From: Chrysomallon squamiferum
Lineage: Eukaryota; Animalia; Mollusca
Assembly: GCA_012295275.1 (NCBI GenBank)
Contig: CM022668.1
Coordinates: 12,896,001-12,960,000, forward strand
Reading direction: 5' to 3'
DNA: 64,000 nucleotides
Of the stretch, positions 45,994-58,564 are shown piece after piece. A program made the position numbers and the translations under genes. The notes below the pieces were generated by a model that worked only from the letters and a program-made list of their open reading frames with translations, did not search any database and was not told the DNA's origin. Every line of letters begins with the position of its first letter. The stretch's first letter is position 1.

Positions 45994-48465
45994 CAACAAC
46001 CCCAACATTTACAACAAACGGCAGGCAACATTCAGAATCACTATTCACAACAGACACGAACAACAGTGAAATTCACAACATCGATAACAACGCTGACATT
46101 TACAACATCTTTACTTGCATGCATCAAATGACGGAGGTCTTTGGAGCGGAGAAAACGTCGCAGGTAAGCGATTTCGTGTCCTTTGCTGGGAAGTCGAGCT
46201 TCCAGACTGGGCAACGCAGCAGCAAGAAGTTTCTGAGCATCTGTGAAAATAAATAAACAAGTGAGTGAGTGAGTGAGTGAAGTGAGTGAGTGAAGTGAGT
46301 GAGTGAAATGAGTGAAGTGAGTGAGTGAAGTGAGTGAGTGAAGTGAGTGAGTGAGTGAAGTGAGTGAGGAGAGTGAGTGAAGTGAGTGAGTGAGTGAGTG
46401 AAGTGAGTGAGTGAGTGAGTGAGTGAAGTGAGTGAGTGAGTGAGTGAAGTGAGTGAGTGTAGTGAAGTGAGTGAAGTGAGTGAACTGAGTGAGTGAGTGA
46501 AGTGAGTGAGTGAAGTGAGTGAGTGAGTGAACTGAGTGAGTGAGTGAAGTGAGTGAAGTGAAGTGAGTGAGTGAAGTGAGTGAGTGAAGTGAGTGAAGTG
46601 AGTGAACTGAGTGAGTGAGTGAAGTGAGTGAAGTGAAGTGAGTGAGTGAAGTGAGTGAAGTGAGTGAGTGAGTGAGTGAAGTGAGTGAGTGAGTGTAGTG
46701 AAGTGAGTGAAGTGAGTGAACTGAGTGAGTGAGTGAGTCAGTAAGTAAGTAAGTAAGCAAGCAAGTAAGTAAATAATTTTAAAAATTAACAAAACTAAAA
46801 TATATATATAAAAAAATTAAAATTAAAATTAAAATAAAAAAATTATTTATAAAATAAAAATAAAATATATTTAAATTTAATTGCATGAAGTATTTGCAAA
46901 ATTGAAGGGGAATATGTTTGATAAAGAAACACAAAATTAATTAACTTCATATCATGTTGTAATAATAGTATTATCTGATTTTAAAGTTATATCCAAAACT
47001 AACACCTCTCATTATCATCATCATCATCATCATCATCATCATTATTTATATTTTTTTAATTATCTTTTTCACTTTACTGTTTAAGGATTGTATATAGTGA
47101 ATAGTTAAAAAACTGAAAGGATGGGGTGTAAAATTATCAAATACACCAAAAACACTGAACATACTCTTCAAAAAATATATAATAATAATAAAAAAAAATA
47201 AATAAATAAAAATTAAAAATAAACAAAACAAACCCACCCAAGACTTCAATATAATCAGAGAAATGGATAATAATTATAAAAAGCAACAATTTTTTATTAT
47301 AATTATAATCAAACGGTTTTGACTTGGTAATATGGATTCAAAAGTTCGATTATGATGTCTTTTTATAAATTATTTTTTTTCTTTTTGTTAATGCCAAAGA
47401 ATCAGACTTCCATTACAAAACAGATTTCAGAAGAATAAAAAAGAGAAATGAAATGGCACAGAATCAGAACAGATTCTTATCAAAGCATAAACTGGGTGAA
47501 AAAAAAAAGCAGCATCATTTTAAAAGGAAAATGAAAATGATAAGAAAGATGATTGAAACTGCCAGCCAAATTTCTAATGGGATTTCATTCTGTTCTCTCA
47601 ACTGATGAAATAACATATAAAATCTGGGTTATGAAATACATTTAATCTGAGTAAGCTTATTTTGTGGTTATTGACTTCAGTCTAAGAAATTCATTTGTCC
47701 ATTTATTTATATAATTTATATATTTCATATGAATAACTGAAGTTGTTTTCTTTTTAGAATTTTAATTACTGCAAACATTTTATTTGACTTTTTATTTTAG
47801 ATTTTTATTTTCTTCTCTTTCAGTGAAGTGAATTATAAATAATTAACTCAGTGACGAACCAAGGCACTGAATATGACTGAAATATATCTGATTTGAATGT
47901 TCTGTTATTTTATATTAAAAAATATCAACAACAACCAAATAATGAAGATGTCTTTAGTAGCTATTAAGAAAAAAACATTTATAAAATCTCTAATTCTAAA
48001 TTTATAGGAAACAACAGGAATAAGTCTGTTTCTGTTAACATTTCTTATAAAATATATCTGCCTTTAATGGCCAAAGCTTAACTGTATGAAAATCTGAACT
48101 TGATATAATAATATTATGTACAAGTGACTGACTTTAAGAAATTTCCATTTTTTTTTTTTTTTATAACTGCATATTTTGAGTAAAATAATCAATGATAAAG
48201 AATGAATCAATAAACTTTCTAATTGAATATTATTTTATAGTCTTAATTTTTTTTTAACACAAGCCTTACATTCTACCAAATTCAACAACAATTATAATTC
48301 TAAAAAAAATACATAATTTTTATAACAACATTTGGAAAACATTCTGTTATCTGTTCGATTAATTTGTACACACATTCAAAAATAAATCACTTCGTTTTTT
48401 TTTTTTTTTTTTTTTTTACCTGGATCTAGTGTCACCTTCGTATGGAGGGGGAGAATGACTGGCAT
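33041..48465 (-). CDS. MPP7: MAGUK p55 subfamily protein, MPP7/MPP3-like (L27-L27-PDZ-SH3-GK), 17 coding exons, 1728 nt = 575 aa
   Basis: All exons join in frame: 48465-48420, 46240-46119, 44914-44843, 44290-44210, 42654-42523, 42016-41935, 41145-41060, 40907-40830, 39673-39477, 39100-39045, 38563-38477, 37730-37644, 37205-37125, 36875-36782, 35765-35657, 34077-33937, 33217-33041. Motifs: [99 protein letters not shown]. The paralog assignment (MPP7 versus other p55 members) is by recognition, not by search. Confidence 0.93.
33937..34077 (-). CDS. MPP7: MPP7-like GK exon [21 protein letters not shown]...DITRPFT
   Basis: attccag| ... ACT|gtaggt, 141 nt. Confidence 0.95.
34078..34755 (-). repeat. 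~80-110-bp degenerate minisatellite starting at the acceptor of exon 34077
   Basis: ctggaatatcaa...ttttaataattctgtccttatactaat...ttaattgctaattgtta repeated about 7 times. Confidence 0.88.
35030..35685 (-). repeat. 65/43-bp array of exon end + donor (CLLTPHTQ|gtactg)
   Basis: gtacctgtgtatgaggtgt at 35069, 35134, 35199, 35264, 35307, 35372, 35415, 35480, 35545, 35610 and the real site at 35653. Confidence 0.95.
35657..35765 (-). CDS. MPP7: MPP7-like GK exon (R)[36 protein letters not shown]
   Basis: gttttag| ... CAG|gtactg, 109 nt. Confidence 0.95.
35790..36330. repeat. ~105-125-bp intronic minisatellite with embedded variable (TA)n, 5 copies
   Basis: taactcacagacatactgtgatgaatttaaacatgtaaatactgatata... 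repeated, starting about 25 nt from the acceptor. Confidence 0.9.
36782..36875 (-). CDS. MPP7: MPP7-like GK exon (Y)[30 protein letters not shown]
   Basis: atttcag| ... AG|gtttaa, 94 nt. Confidence 0.93.
37125..37205 (-). CDS. MPP7: MPP7-like GK exon (G)[26 protein letters not shown]
   Basis: attgcag| ... T|gtacgt, 81 nt. Confidence 0.93.
37252..37410. repeat. ~34-bp degenerate minisatellite
   Basis: gtcagtgaataataattaaatctataatt about 5 times. Confidence 0.75.
37644..37730 (-). CDS. MPP7: MPP7-like exon (D)[28 protein letters not shown]
   Basis: ataatag| ... G|gtaagt, 87 nt. Confidence 0.94.
38477..38563 (-). CDS. MPP7: MPP7-like HOOK exon (R)[28 protein letters not shown]
   Basis: atttcag| ... 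G|gtaaac, 87 nt. Confidence 0.86.
39045..39100 (-). CDS. MPP7: MPP7-like HOOK exon (S)[18 protein letters not shown]
   Basis: attttag| ... A|gtaagt, 56 nt; needed to bridge phase 2 to phase 1. Confidence 0.82.
39477..39673 (-). CDS. MPP7: MPP7-like SH3 exon [11 protein letters not shown]...[11 protein letters not shown]
   Basis: tttgcag| ... AG|gtaaat, 197 nt. Confidence 0.96.
40432..40822. repeat. Three ~100-140-bp A-rich tandem units abutting the donor at 40829
   Basis: gaaaagcta..aataaagatc..aaatataaac..taacaataataata repeated three times. Confidence 0.75.
40830..40907 (-). CDS. MPP7: MPP7-like exon [26 protein letters not shown]
   Basis: tttgtag| ... CAG|gttaga, 78 nt. Confidence 0.9.
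41060..41145 (-). CDS. MPP7: MPP7-like PDZ exon (G)[28 protein letters not shown]
   Basis: attacag| ... TTG|gtaagt, 86 nt. Confidence 0.94.
41935..42016 (-). CDS. MPP7: MPP7-like PDZ exon [27 protein letters not shown]
   Basis: tttccag| ... G|gtgaga, 82 nt. Confidence 0.93.
42523..42654 (-). CDS. MPP7: MPP7-like exon [10 protein letters not shown]...[13 protein letters not shown]
   Basis: gttcag| ... TTG|gtcagt, 132 nt; L27 end and PDZ start. Confidence 0.92.
42631..43505 (-). repeat. ~60-63-bp array of acceptor + first 24 exon nt (ALLYTHDK), decaying away from the exon
   Basis: tttgtcatgtgtgtacaacagagcctgaaccaataaacaaataaacagatatacagtataatc: about 9 good copies plus several degenerate ones. 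Confidence 0.95.
44210..44290 (-). CDS. MPP7: MPP7-like L27C exon [27 protein letters not shown]
   Basis: tatcag| ... CAG|gtaatc, 81 nt; ELLxxLSxPH L27 motif. Confidence 0.9.
44843..44914 (-). CDS. MPP7: MPP7-like exon [24 protein letters not shown]
   Basis: gttgtag| ... GAG|gtaatt, 72 nt. Confidence 0.85.
46119..46240 (-). CDS. MPP7: MPP7-like L27N exon (D)[16 protein letters not shown]...KDLRHLMH
   Basis: ttcacag| acceptor; donor inferred as CAT|gcaagt (GC-AG). Confidence 0.82.
46261..46740. repeat. (GTGA)n/(GTGAA) satellite, reading (TCAC)n in the MPP7-like pre-mRNA
   Basis: About 480 bp; ends about 20 nt upstream of the 46240 acceptor. Confidence 0.95.
48420..48465 (-). CDS. MPP7: MPP7-like first coding segment [15 protein letters not shown] (exon 48546-48420)
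   Basis: gtttcag| acceptor at 48547-48548, in-frame upstream TGA, ACAATG start, G|gtaaaa donor in phase with the next exon. Confidence 0.8.
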
Positions 48466-48955
48466 TGTCTCGCAGCGCTCCCTGGAGGAGACGGGAAGAT
48501 AACCCACTGTAGCATCAGCAGCAACATACCATCAGTTCACATAGTACTGAAACAGAAAATGAAGTAGGAAACCTTATTAAGACAAATCCAATAAAAAGAC
48601 CACATTTTACAGACGGCAGTGCTAACAGTGTATTAAGAGAACTCAGCCAAGCTGCAAACAATCTATTACTTTTGCTGTGTAGACGAGAATTGCAAAATTA
48701 AGCTACTGCTTTGTTCTTGCTGACTCGGGTATATTTATTAAGAAATGAAATTTGTTTAGCTTGCTTGGTCTGGAGAAAAGGAAAGGAAACAGGTCGAAAA
48801 CTCAGTGATAACATCAGTTTTATCAGAAAACTCAGTTATGAAAGTAATTTAATCCAGATAAGGTTATTTTGTGGCTTAATCTATAAAGACTCCCTCCAGT
48901 TTGATGAAACATTTAATTTCAATAAGCTTATTTTTGAGCATTAAACAAAAATTCT

Positions 48956-48994
<39 letters not shown>

Positions 48995-49349
48995 GATTTT
49001 CAAGTTATGTTACAAAAAAAAAAATTTAACACATAAACACGTACACAAATATTGCTGCAACAACTTTTTATACCCTAATCGAAATCCTGAATTTAACACT
49101 GAAGACTCCTCTTCGAAAATAAACACAAAAAATAATAATAACAGAAACCTGGCAATAACACACCCACTATTACATTAAGTCTGGTCAGGTGGTCTTAATA
49201 AAAGTTTCAGTTTATTGAATCAATAGGAAAATGGCTGAGACATCTGTTATCCAACAAGCAGCAATCTGATCAGTTAGTTCACAATGAAAATGTGGGTATC
49301 GCTGACAAAAACATACACAAGAAAAACGAGAATCTGAACAGAGCAGATT

Positions 49350-50020
49350 ATGATTAGTTTTCATTTATTCTTCTTTAAAAAAAAAAAAAAAAAAACAGCT
49401 TATATAACTTTGTTGAAATGCATTTGATTAGTTTTCACTATTTTAAAATTCTTTTTTTTTTTTTTTTTATTCTTCTTTAAAAAAAAAAGAAAATTAAACA
49501 GCTTATATAACCTTTCCTGTTGAAGTAAATTTTCAAAACTAATATTTTATTTGATTAGTTTTCACAAGCTCTTTAAAATGCATTGTATTTCTGTTATTAT
49601 TTATTCTTGTGTTTTTTCCCCTTTTTTTTTGGAAAGTAAAAAATAAAATAAATACATTTATTTTAAAGAAATTCTATAGCCTTTCCTGTAAACTTAATTT
49701 TCAAACCAAATATTTTATTTCATTAGTTTTCACAAGCTCTTTATAATGCACAGTATTTCTGTTATTATGCCTTCTTCGTTAAAAATTTAAACAAATTATA
49801 TAACCTTTCCTGTTCAGTTAATTTTCAAAACAAATATTTTATTGTATTAGTTTTCAAAAGCTCTTTAAAATACACTGTACTTTTGTTACTATATATTTTT
49901 CTTTTTTTCCCCTTTTTTCTTAAAGAAAAAAATAAATAAAAAATAAAATTAAAACTTTAAACACATTATATAACCTTTCCTGTTCTGATAATTTTCAAAA
50001 CAAATATTTTTTATTTGTTA
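49350..50020. repeat. Degenerate ~120-180-bp tandem units (ataacctttcctgtt..aattttcaaaa..ttagttttcacaagctcttt)
   Basis: 4-5 diverged copies in the long 5' intron. Confidence 0.7.
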
Positions 50021-51384
50021 GACACATATTTATTAAAAACACAGATTAAATGTTTTATTATACTGAAACAAAACGATAGTTAATACAATATTTCTTGTTA
50101 CATGTTATTAATGAAATTATTAAGAACACAACAAATGAATACTGATTAAAATTAGCACAGTTATTGATTTTAATACCTAATTTATTATAAATATTCTTTA
50201 AATCAGAACTGACATTAAATTAAAACAAATATAACATTAAAAAAAGAAAATTAAATTAAAACAAATATAATATGAAAATAAATTAAATTAAAACAAATAT
50301 AATACGAAAAATAAATTAAATTAAAACAAACGTAATATGAAAAAAGAAAAATCAAATTAAAAATAAATATTAAAAAATAAATTAAATTAAAACACACTAA
50401 TAAATTCAATACATTTTATTTAAAATTACTTTTTCTGCTCATTACAAAAGTATTCATTTTACTTTTTCTTTTTCTTTTTTTTTTTTTTTGATCAGTATTT
50501 TTTATTATTACATGTCAGAGTTGATATTTAAGAAGAACACAGACGTATAAATGTTTTAACAGATGTGAACGAAATAAGACTGGCAGCTTATTTTCCCGAA
50601 CGGCTCTCATTTTTCCAAAGGAACTCTAATCAGCACTGAGTGATGAACCAGAAAATGTATTTAACCAAATCGTGTTCCATCATAAATTAAATAAAACTTG
50701 AGACTTAATCACATTAATTTTATGTTGCTGGCTGCAACTGATAACAGAAGCTACTGCTGCATGGTGCCATTTGGCTCGAAATACAGAGACCACTTTCTCG
50801 TGCCAGAATTATAAAAATCTTTATTTTTATGTGCAAGGAATGTTTTCCTGGCTGGATGCAGTTTTTAAGAGAATGATTGAGTGGAATGAAAGATTATGAG
50901 ATGCAAGGCTTGATAAATAATCTCGTGTATTGTACTGTTTGTTGTTTTTTTTTTTTATATCTTTTTCTTTAAAAAAAAAAAAAGCAAGCAAGAATTAAAA
51001 TTAAAAAAAAATAAATAAATAAAATAAAATTAAATAAATAAATAAATAAATAAATAAAATAATAAATAAAAAAATAAATAAATAAAAAAAATAAATAAAT
51101 AATAATAAAAATTAAAATTAAAAAATTAAAAATTAATAAACAAAATAATACAAAATACAAACACAATGGTATTTTCTTAAAAATGATAATTTCAACAACA
51201 ACAACAACAATAATAAAAAAAAATAAAATAAAATAAAATAAAATAAAATAAAATAAAAACAATTAAATTAAATTAAAATAAAATAAAATAAAATAAAAAT
51301 TAAAATTAAATTAAATTAAATTAAATTAAATTAAATTAAATTAAAAAAATAAAATAAAGTATAATATTACATCCATACACTTAA

Positions 51385-51418
<34 letters not shown>

Positions 51419-51998
51419 AGATTTTAAAACATTACATTTCATTCGGTAACTGTAAGCTTCTGAACTGCAGATAACTAATGACAAATAGTATATGTCATGG
51501 TTCTTAAAACGATTTCTCAAATCAAGGCAATGAGTTAGGAAGATAATTTCTTTTCTCAAGCACTAATCACTATAAATCTTTCCTAAGAACACTGCTTTAA
51601 TCTTCTCAGAGAAAACAGAAATGCACTTCTGAAAAAGCCACACACCATCTGTGTAACAAACCTATGTAAATCGTGGTAGACATACATTTCAGCTTGAATT
51701 CTTTTAGAGTTAAGTGCAACTAAAACATTGTTTTTAAAGAAAAAAAACAACCACAAAGTAATCTAACAGAACTATGATAATAGATTTAATATGTATGATT
51801 TAAAAGAATGTTTAATATTTTTGGATATTTAAATAATTTTTCAAAATAATTCTAACAATTATTTGTACACACACAGACACGTATACACATTTATTCTTCA
51901 ACAATTAATGTCAAATTTATTACAGATTACATTCTATCAAACTAAAAGGTTTTTTAATTCTTTTTTTCTGGTCAGCAATAATAATAATAATGATACCA

Positions 51999-52030
<32 letters not shown>

Positions 52031-52735
52031 AATGATCATAATAATAGTAAAGAGTTTGAGAAATGATAGAAAAAAAATATTACTCCAATAATTCTCACTC
52101 TGCTTTTCAGATGTGACCAAAACGGTCTGTTAATAATACCATATTAATACTGTGAAGCAATTCAAAATTACACCATTGAGATCCAAAATGCATTCACGCT
52201 TGCGTGTATCACAGTATTAAAATTATGAAATCATAGAAAATGTCAAGTAATTATGGCTGACATTACACCAAATGTCACTTAAGCAATCTCATCCAAAAGC
52301 AACAAGATTTAAAAAAAAAAAAAAATGTTAAAAAAGGAGAAAAAAAAAAAAAAAGAAGAAAAAAAAAAGCCATTTCCCTGGCAATAAATAAACATCAAAT
52401 CGGCAATTGCTTCAGCCGAGATGACACTGACCGACTGGCTTCGGTATTTTGATGTTTCTAAATGTTTTCATACAAAATTAAGATACTATTTCCCAGAAGA
52501 CAAATATGGACACAATAGTCACTGGATACAGGTCTCTGAAGCAGAGTCGTGCTTCTACAATCAATAGTCAGCTGTGTGGACAACGCTATCTCAATCAATA
52601 ACTCTGACAGGCACAAAATGAGGTCCTAGCGTGTTCAAAAGGAACGACTGTGAAGGACTCTTTTGGACGCATTTACAGAATTAGCAACATCACATCATCA
52701 TCGCAATTAATTTGATGATTTTTGTGGGGATTTTT

Positions 52736-52766
<31 letters not shown>

Positions 52767-53104
52767 TTCTGAAAGGGAAGAAGGCAAGGTCTAAAAATAA
52801 AATAACAAGTATAAATGGGTTATCAGTTTGAGTGAATTGTATTATATTTGGAATTTGTTGATCAGGAGCTGAATGTGTGTATATATACAGACAGACACTT
52901 TTATACAAATACACACAAGCTGAATATCTGAATGGCTGGATGGGGAAACTGGACAGACTGATTAAGTGATGGATTATAAGTGACTATGAGAATCGATAAA
53001 TTTGTAAATGTTTATTGTTTGTGACTGTGCGTTGGTTCTGTTTATGTATATGTATATGTGAGTCAGTGATTTTATATGTGTATATGTGAATGATAGAGAG
53101 GGGT

Positions 53105-53189
<85 letters not shown>

Positions 53190-54314
53190 CATATCTGATC
53201 ATCACTGTATATATTTCTGGAATCAGAAGCAAGCTCTGGATATAATTATTGTGGAAATATTGTTAACTGAAATGATTATTTCAAACTGAAAATGATTTAG
53301 TTATAAAATATGAGTATTCTTCATATTACTTTTTTTTTTTGGAAAAATTTGGGATGTAAAAGTAACATTCCAAATCCTTGTAAACAAAACAGTATCAAAA
53401 GATAAATTAAGTAGGCTAAGCAAGTCAAAAATATCAGGAATATAATATATACATCACTAAATATTATTTACATCAAAATCTACACCCAGTTTATCCTGAT
53501 GAATAAAACATGAAACAAAATATCAAGAATATAAAAAGCATTAGTTTATGGAACGTGTAGTAAAGCCCAGGATTACTTGTGTCTCAGTAAACATTACATC
53601 TGAATCCTTGCAATGTTTCTCTGCACTAAGCTAAATTAAATACTTTCTTGGAAGAAAAAGAACTTGTCGTGAATATTTAGCACAGATATTATTTGATTCT
53701 AGATCATACAGGAAAGCAGGGAAATGCAGATGGATATTGGTCAAACATGGCCATCTCATAAAGCAAACAAACTGATGATGACTTTGCCAATTTACTTTTC
53801 AAAGTCTGTGCCATTTGGACAAAAATGTAGCAAGTAGTTTTTGTGTGTGTGAGAAAATAATGGCACTACTGAATACACTCTTTCCAAGCCAAACGACATT
53901 TTTGGACAATCCTTTAAGCAAACATTACAAATGACATTGGCCACACATTAGCATATCATGTCTGGGCAACCGATAAAGAGATTTGACTTGTTCCTTAACA
54001 TAATTACCTTCTCAGTGTTTTTAATATAACAGCCACGTCTGTGCTTATAAAATTGTAAAAAAAAAAACAAAAAACCAATCACTTGTTTCAAATCCAAATT
54101 TCAGATATGCAGTTAGTTCATTTTTGTTATTAGATATGATTTTGAAAAACTTTACAAATCTGATTTATTACATATGTTTTCAAAAATTTATTTCATTACT
54201 ATCTGAAAGACCAAATAATAAAAATTCCAGTTTAAATTAAGATAATTATCATGTGTCTGACACAAAAAATGGATAAACAAATGGTTGATGAGAGACTTAT
54301 TTTATCTGAATGTT

Positions 54315-54372
<58 letters not shown>

Positions 54373-55496
54373 TGTGTAAAATACAGTTAGAAATATTTAA
54401 CTTTGTAATGGAATGGATAGATGACAATATATAGTTTAAATTCATAAATTTAAAAAAAAAAAAAGTATATGTAAAGAAAATAATGTGAAAATTACTACTT
54501 TTGTCACTAAATCAGTTTTGCTGCTAGATAAAAGTTATGTCTTTATTGAATATAATACTAAAAAAATGTAACATTTGAAATAATAAAAAAAAAAGTAATT
54601 CAAAGGTAATTTTCATGGATATTTTGAAATAATAATAATAATAATAAAAAAGAAAGTATCAATAACAAGGAAACCGACATCTAATCAACACAGAGAGAAA
54701 AAGACCTGAAAATGGCCTCCAGAAACAAAAACAGAACAAAACCAATTTGGGTCAAAAAATACCGTAACCATAATCCAGGCACCCAGAGCCATTTGGTAGG
54801 GGAGGACTTCAGGTCAGGTTTGTTAATACAGGGAGCAGGAATCAATATGCCCAGAACAACCCTAAGGGCAACATCTTCAATACAAATTTACGTTACACGT
54901 TAGTAACAACCTATCTAATGAAAACAAAATTAGTGAAGAGAAGCTGAGCCTGCCCATTAAAAAATTATCCATAATGGAAGCTTCAAAGGAGACACAAAAG
55001 ATTATCTTCTGAAAATGGTTAATCAATTCACCCTCGGATGATCTGGGGAAAAAGCAATTTGTACTAAAGCTTTAACAGATAAGATGATAGCACAGAAACA
55101 TCTGCATATATTGGTGATAAATAAAGATGTATAGAACAACCCTGAATTAAAGATTTTTTTTTTTTTAAAAAGGAAAGTGTATTTTAACAGATATAAGCAC
55201 TCTTTTAGAAGGCCTGTCTATAATGAACGTTTTGTTTAAAGTACTCGATATAATTTTATTCTTGCAAAGGATTTTTGACATATAATTTTGAGAATTATAA
55301 GAATACTTATGTTACTGTGTAAGACAGATATTTTTTGTAAAGTAAATGGTATTTTCTGTATAATTATAATAAGTAGCATTTTAATAGAAAATTACAAAAT
55401 TTTTACTTGTGATAATCTCTGTGATGATGTGTAACATATGTCAACTAATATTATTTTATGTTCATATAGTGTGTATGTGTTTTATGTGTTTGTTAG

Positions 55497-55543
<47 letters not shown>

Positions 55544-58500
55544 ATATGAAGATGAAACTAACAGTTATACAGTTACACTCTGTATGAATTTACTGATTTC
55601 ATTCTGTATTAGCCCATCTTTTATAACTGGATGTAGAATTTTATTATAAAACTGACATATTCTTTGGAGTAAAAATTTTGACAAAACTTTTAGAACTTCC
55701 TTCTGAAACAGAATTTGTTTCTTAAAATCCACAACAAAACTAATTACAAACTATTTCTAAACATCAATGGAAACATGCATGACAGAAATAAAATAAAAAA
55801 ATTAAAAATAATTTTTCTTTCTTTCTGTTTTTCGTCTTCTTTCTTCTTTTTTTTATTATTATTCAAATTGCAAAGATTTCAACTCACATTCAGAATGAGG
55901 ATAATTTGCACAACAATGTTTAAAGGAACCATTAAGCAGCAGAAATCAATAATTAAAGAGAGGGTCTGATCTGGACAGAATTCCTTCAGGGTCCACACAC
56001 AATTGGCCATTGCTCTTTCATGAGAGGCCAGCAAAGAATCAGGTCAAATGAATGTCAAAAGTGTGGTCATCATCAACGGAGGACTTTAAGAACAAACTCA
56101 GAATGATGAAGAAGCTAATTACAGTCTCAGTGGAAACAGAGGAATTGAGCTGATGCAGGATCGAATCTTGTTATGTGTAAAAATATGTTATAGTGGCGGT
56201 GATGGATTTGTTTCTGAAACAGATTTGCTGATTTTAATCAAGTTAAAAAAAATATATTAAAAAAAACTTGCTATTTTATAAAAAAATAATTGGTTGTGGA
56301 TGTGTTTGGTATATATATCCCTTTTTAAATTTATTTTGTGTGTTTGTGTGTTTATGAAAGAAAAGAAGAAAGAAACATAGAGCAAGAGAGACAGTATAAA
56401 ATGTTTTCCTTTTTTTAATTTTTTTTTAAAGTAAACTAAACACAAAATACTTCTTACTAAAAAATGTTATTATATCTACAATACATAACATGTCTATATA
56501 ATTATATCTGTATGTGTTTATGTATGTATTATGTGCTTTTGTGTATATTTGTATATTTAGATTAGTAGTTTTTTTTTTTTTAACAATGTGATACAACAGG
56601 AAAAAGCTGCTGCAATCATTTTTAAAGACAATTCTTAATAATGATCTGCAATATGTGTTTGATGTGTACCATCCCACAAGCAGCAAAGTACATACCATGC
56701 CATTAATAACAGCAACAATACCACTAATAGCCAATCTCAGACACAGCAGGAACTCAAAATAGCTCAGTGGGTTCATTGATCCAGTAACCCATTTAACCAC
56801 TTAACTACAGACCTGTATTTTGTGTTTTATCAGTCTGAAATTCCACTCTTAAACATGCAGATGTCAATTATAATTTTAAAAAAAATTCCACAATATATTA
56901 CATTAAAACTATTCAATTTTTAAAGTATTTTATTTTAAAAGTTTGAAAATATATTTCATTCTTTTTAAGTCCTTTTTGTTTTCTTTTGTCTTTTTAGTCC
57001 TTTTTTATTTTTTAATCTTTTTTTTTTTTTTTACAGACTTCTGTAATTGAATTCCCCCTCCTTTACATACACAAACCTGTCCCAGTCTATAAAAGATTTT
57101 TATTCTCCATCAACTAAAAGAAAAAAAAAAGAAAAAGAAAAAGGATTCCTTACAAGGCTGACTTTCTTCTTGGAATATTGCTGTTTGTGAATGAAACTGA
57201 GTAATTACAAATGTGTTTCAAATACGACACGAACACAGAATGGTTCTAGTGAACTGACAGAAGAACCCAACAATCTTCAAAATCAATATTTTTCAATGAC
57301 TAAACAGGAAAGTATTTATTCCAACCGGCTGCCCTTAATATTCACATCCGTATAACTGGCAGCATTGTTTGGCTTCATTACTCTTGAATCTGAAATTTGT
57401 GCTTGTCCCTGTCTTCAAACATATTTCACAAACACACACACAAATGTATAGGAAAAAAATTTAAAAGTTTTGAAAATGTTTTTCAGATAACTGTTTAGCA
57501 ACTATTATTTTTTTAGTTACTATTGTTGTTGTTGTTGCTTTTCTTTTCATTATTATTATTACTACTGTTGAAAAAAGCTGACTTGAAACAGTTGAAAGAA
57601 TGTTTGTGCTTTCTAGGTATTTAAAAGTAGCTGAAATGTATTTATTTATACTTGCATTGTTTTATTTGTTTAGATAAACAGACTTGTTCACCTTCAAAAT
57701 ATTAATCTTATGAAAATCTAGTATTGATTAAGTCTGAATTTTTTTTTTTTTTTTAAAGTAATGTCATTTTCTTAACTTTTATGTAATAGGATTATAAAAT
57801 GAAACCTGAAAGACTGAGCTTGTCTGAGCTAAAGTGTCAAATCCTCAGTCTATCAGGGATTTTATTTTACTGTATATGAAATAATGGCTTTTCAAGAAAA
57901 AGGAAAAATAGAAGCATTCATGTATTGTTTTATTATCACATTTTGTTATTATTAAAAATTGGTCAGTAGTTAAACAAAACAATAACTTCAAATGATATTC
58001 ACAATTAAACGTACATTTCAAAATTAATTATGAATTTATGAAACATTAGATTCATTTGTTTTTATAACTTTAAATATACAAACTTTAGTCATAAATAAAT
58101 GTATGATTTAGATATTTATATAATCTTTATTTAAGGCATTTTAAACATATAATAAATGGCAATAGTTGCTGTTGTTTTTACTGTAATTACTGAAATCTGT
58201 TGACAATAATACAATTCAGTTTTATATTCAGAATACACATTTACACAGACATGCACACAAACACACACACAGACACACATATACATTAATAAAGTTACAA
58301 TAATTGCTTACTTTAAATGGAAAGATAGAAATAATTTTTAAAAATGAATTATTATATATATATATATATATATAAAACGGCTGTCGGTCGAATTACAGTA
58401 ATGCTGGAAAATGTTGTGTTTTTTTGTTGTTTTTTTTACAAAAATCAATAAAAAATTTTTTTTAATAAATAAAAATTATTAATCAAAAACATAATAATAC

Positions 58501-58564
58501 CATTTATAAAATAAAGATTCATTAAATACTGGAATAATAAAAAAAAAAGAATATATATCCTCAC

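Noticed and set aside
46241-46792. His/Thr/Ser/Leu-rich ORFs
   Set aside because: (TCAC)n satellite upstream of the true exon.
54712-54903. 63-aa ORF in a slightly GC-richer intronic patch (possible TE relic)
   Set aside because: No recognisable transposase or RT motif and no termini; cannot be supported without a search.
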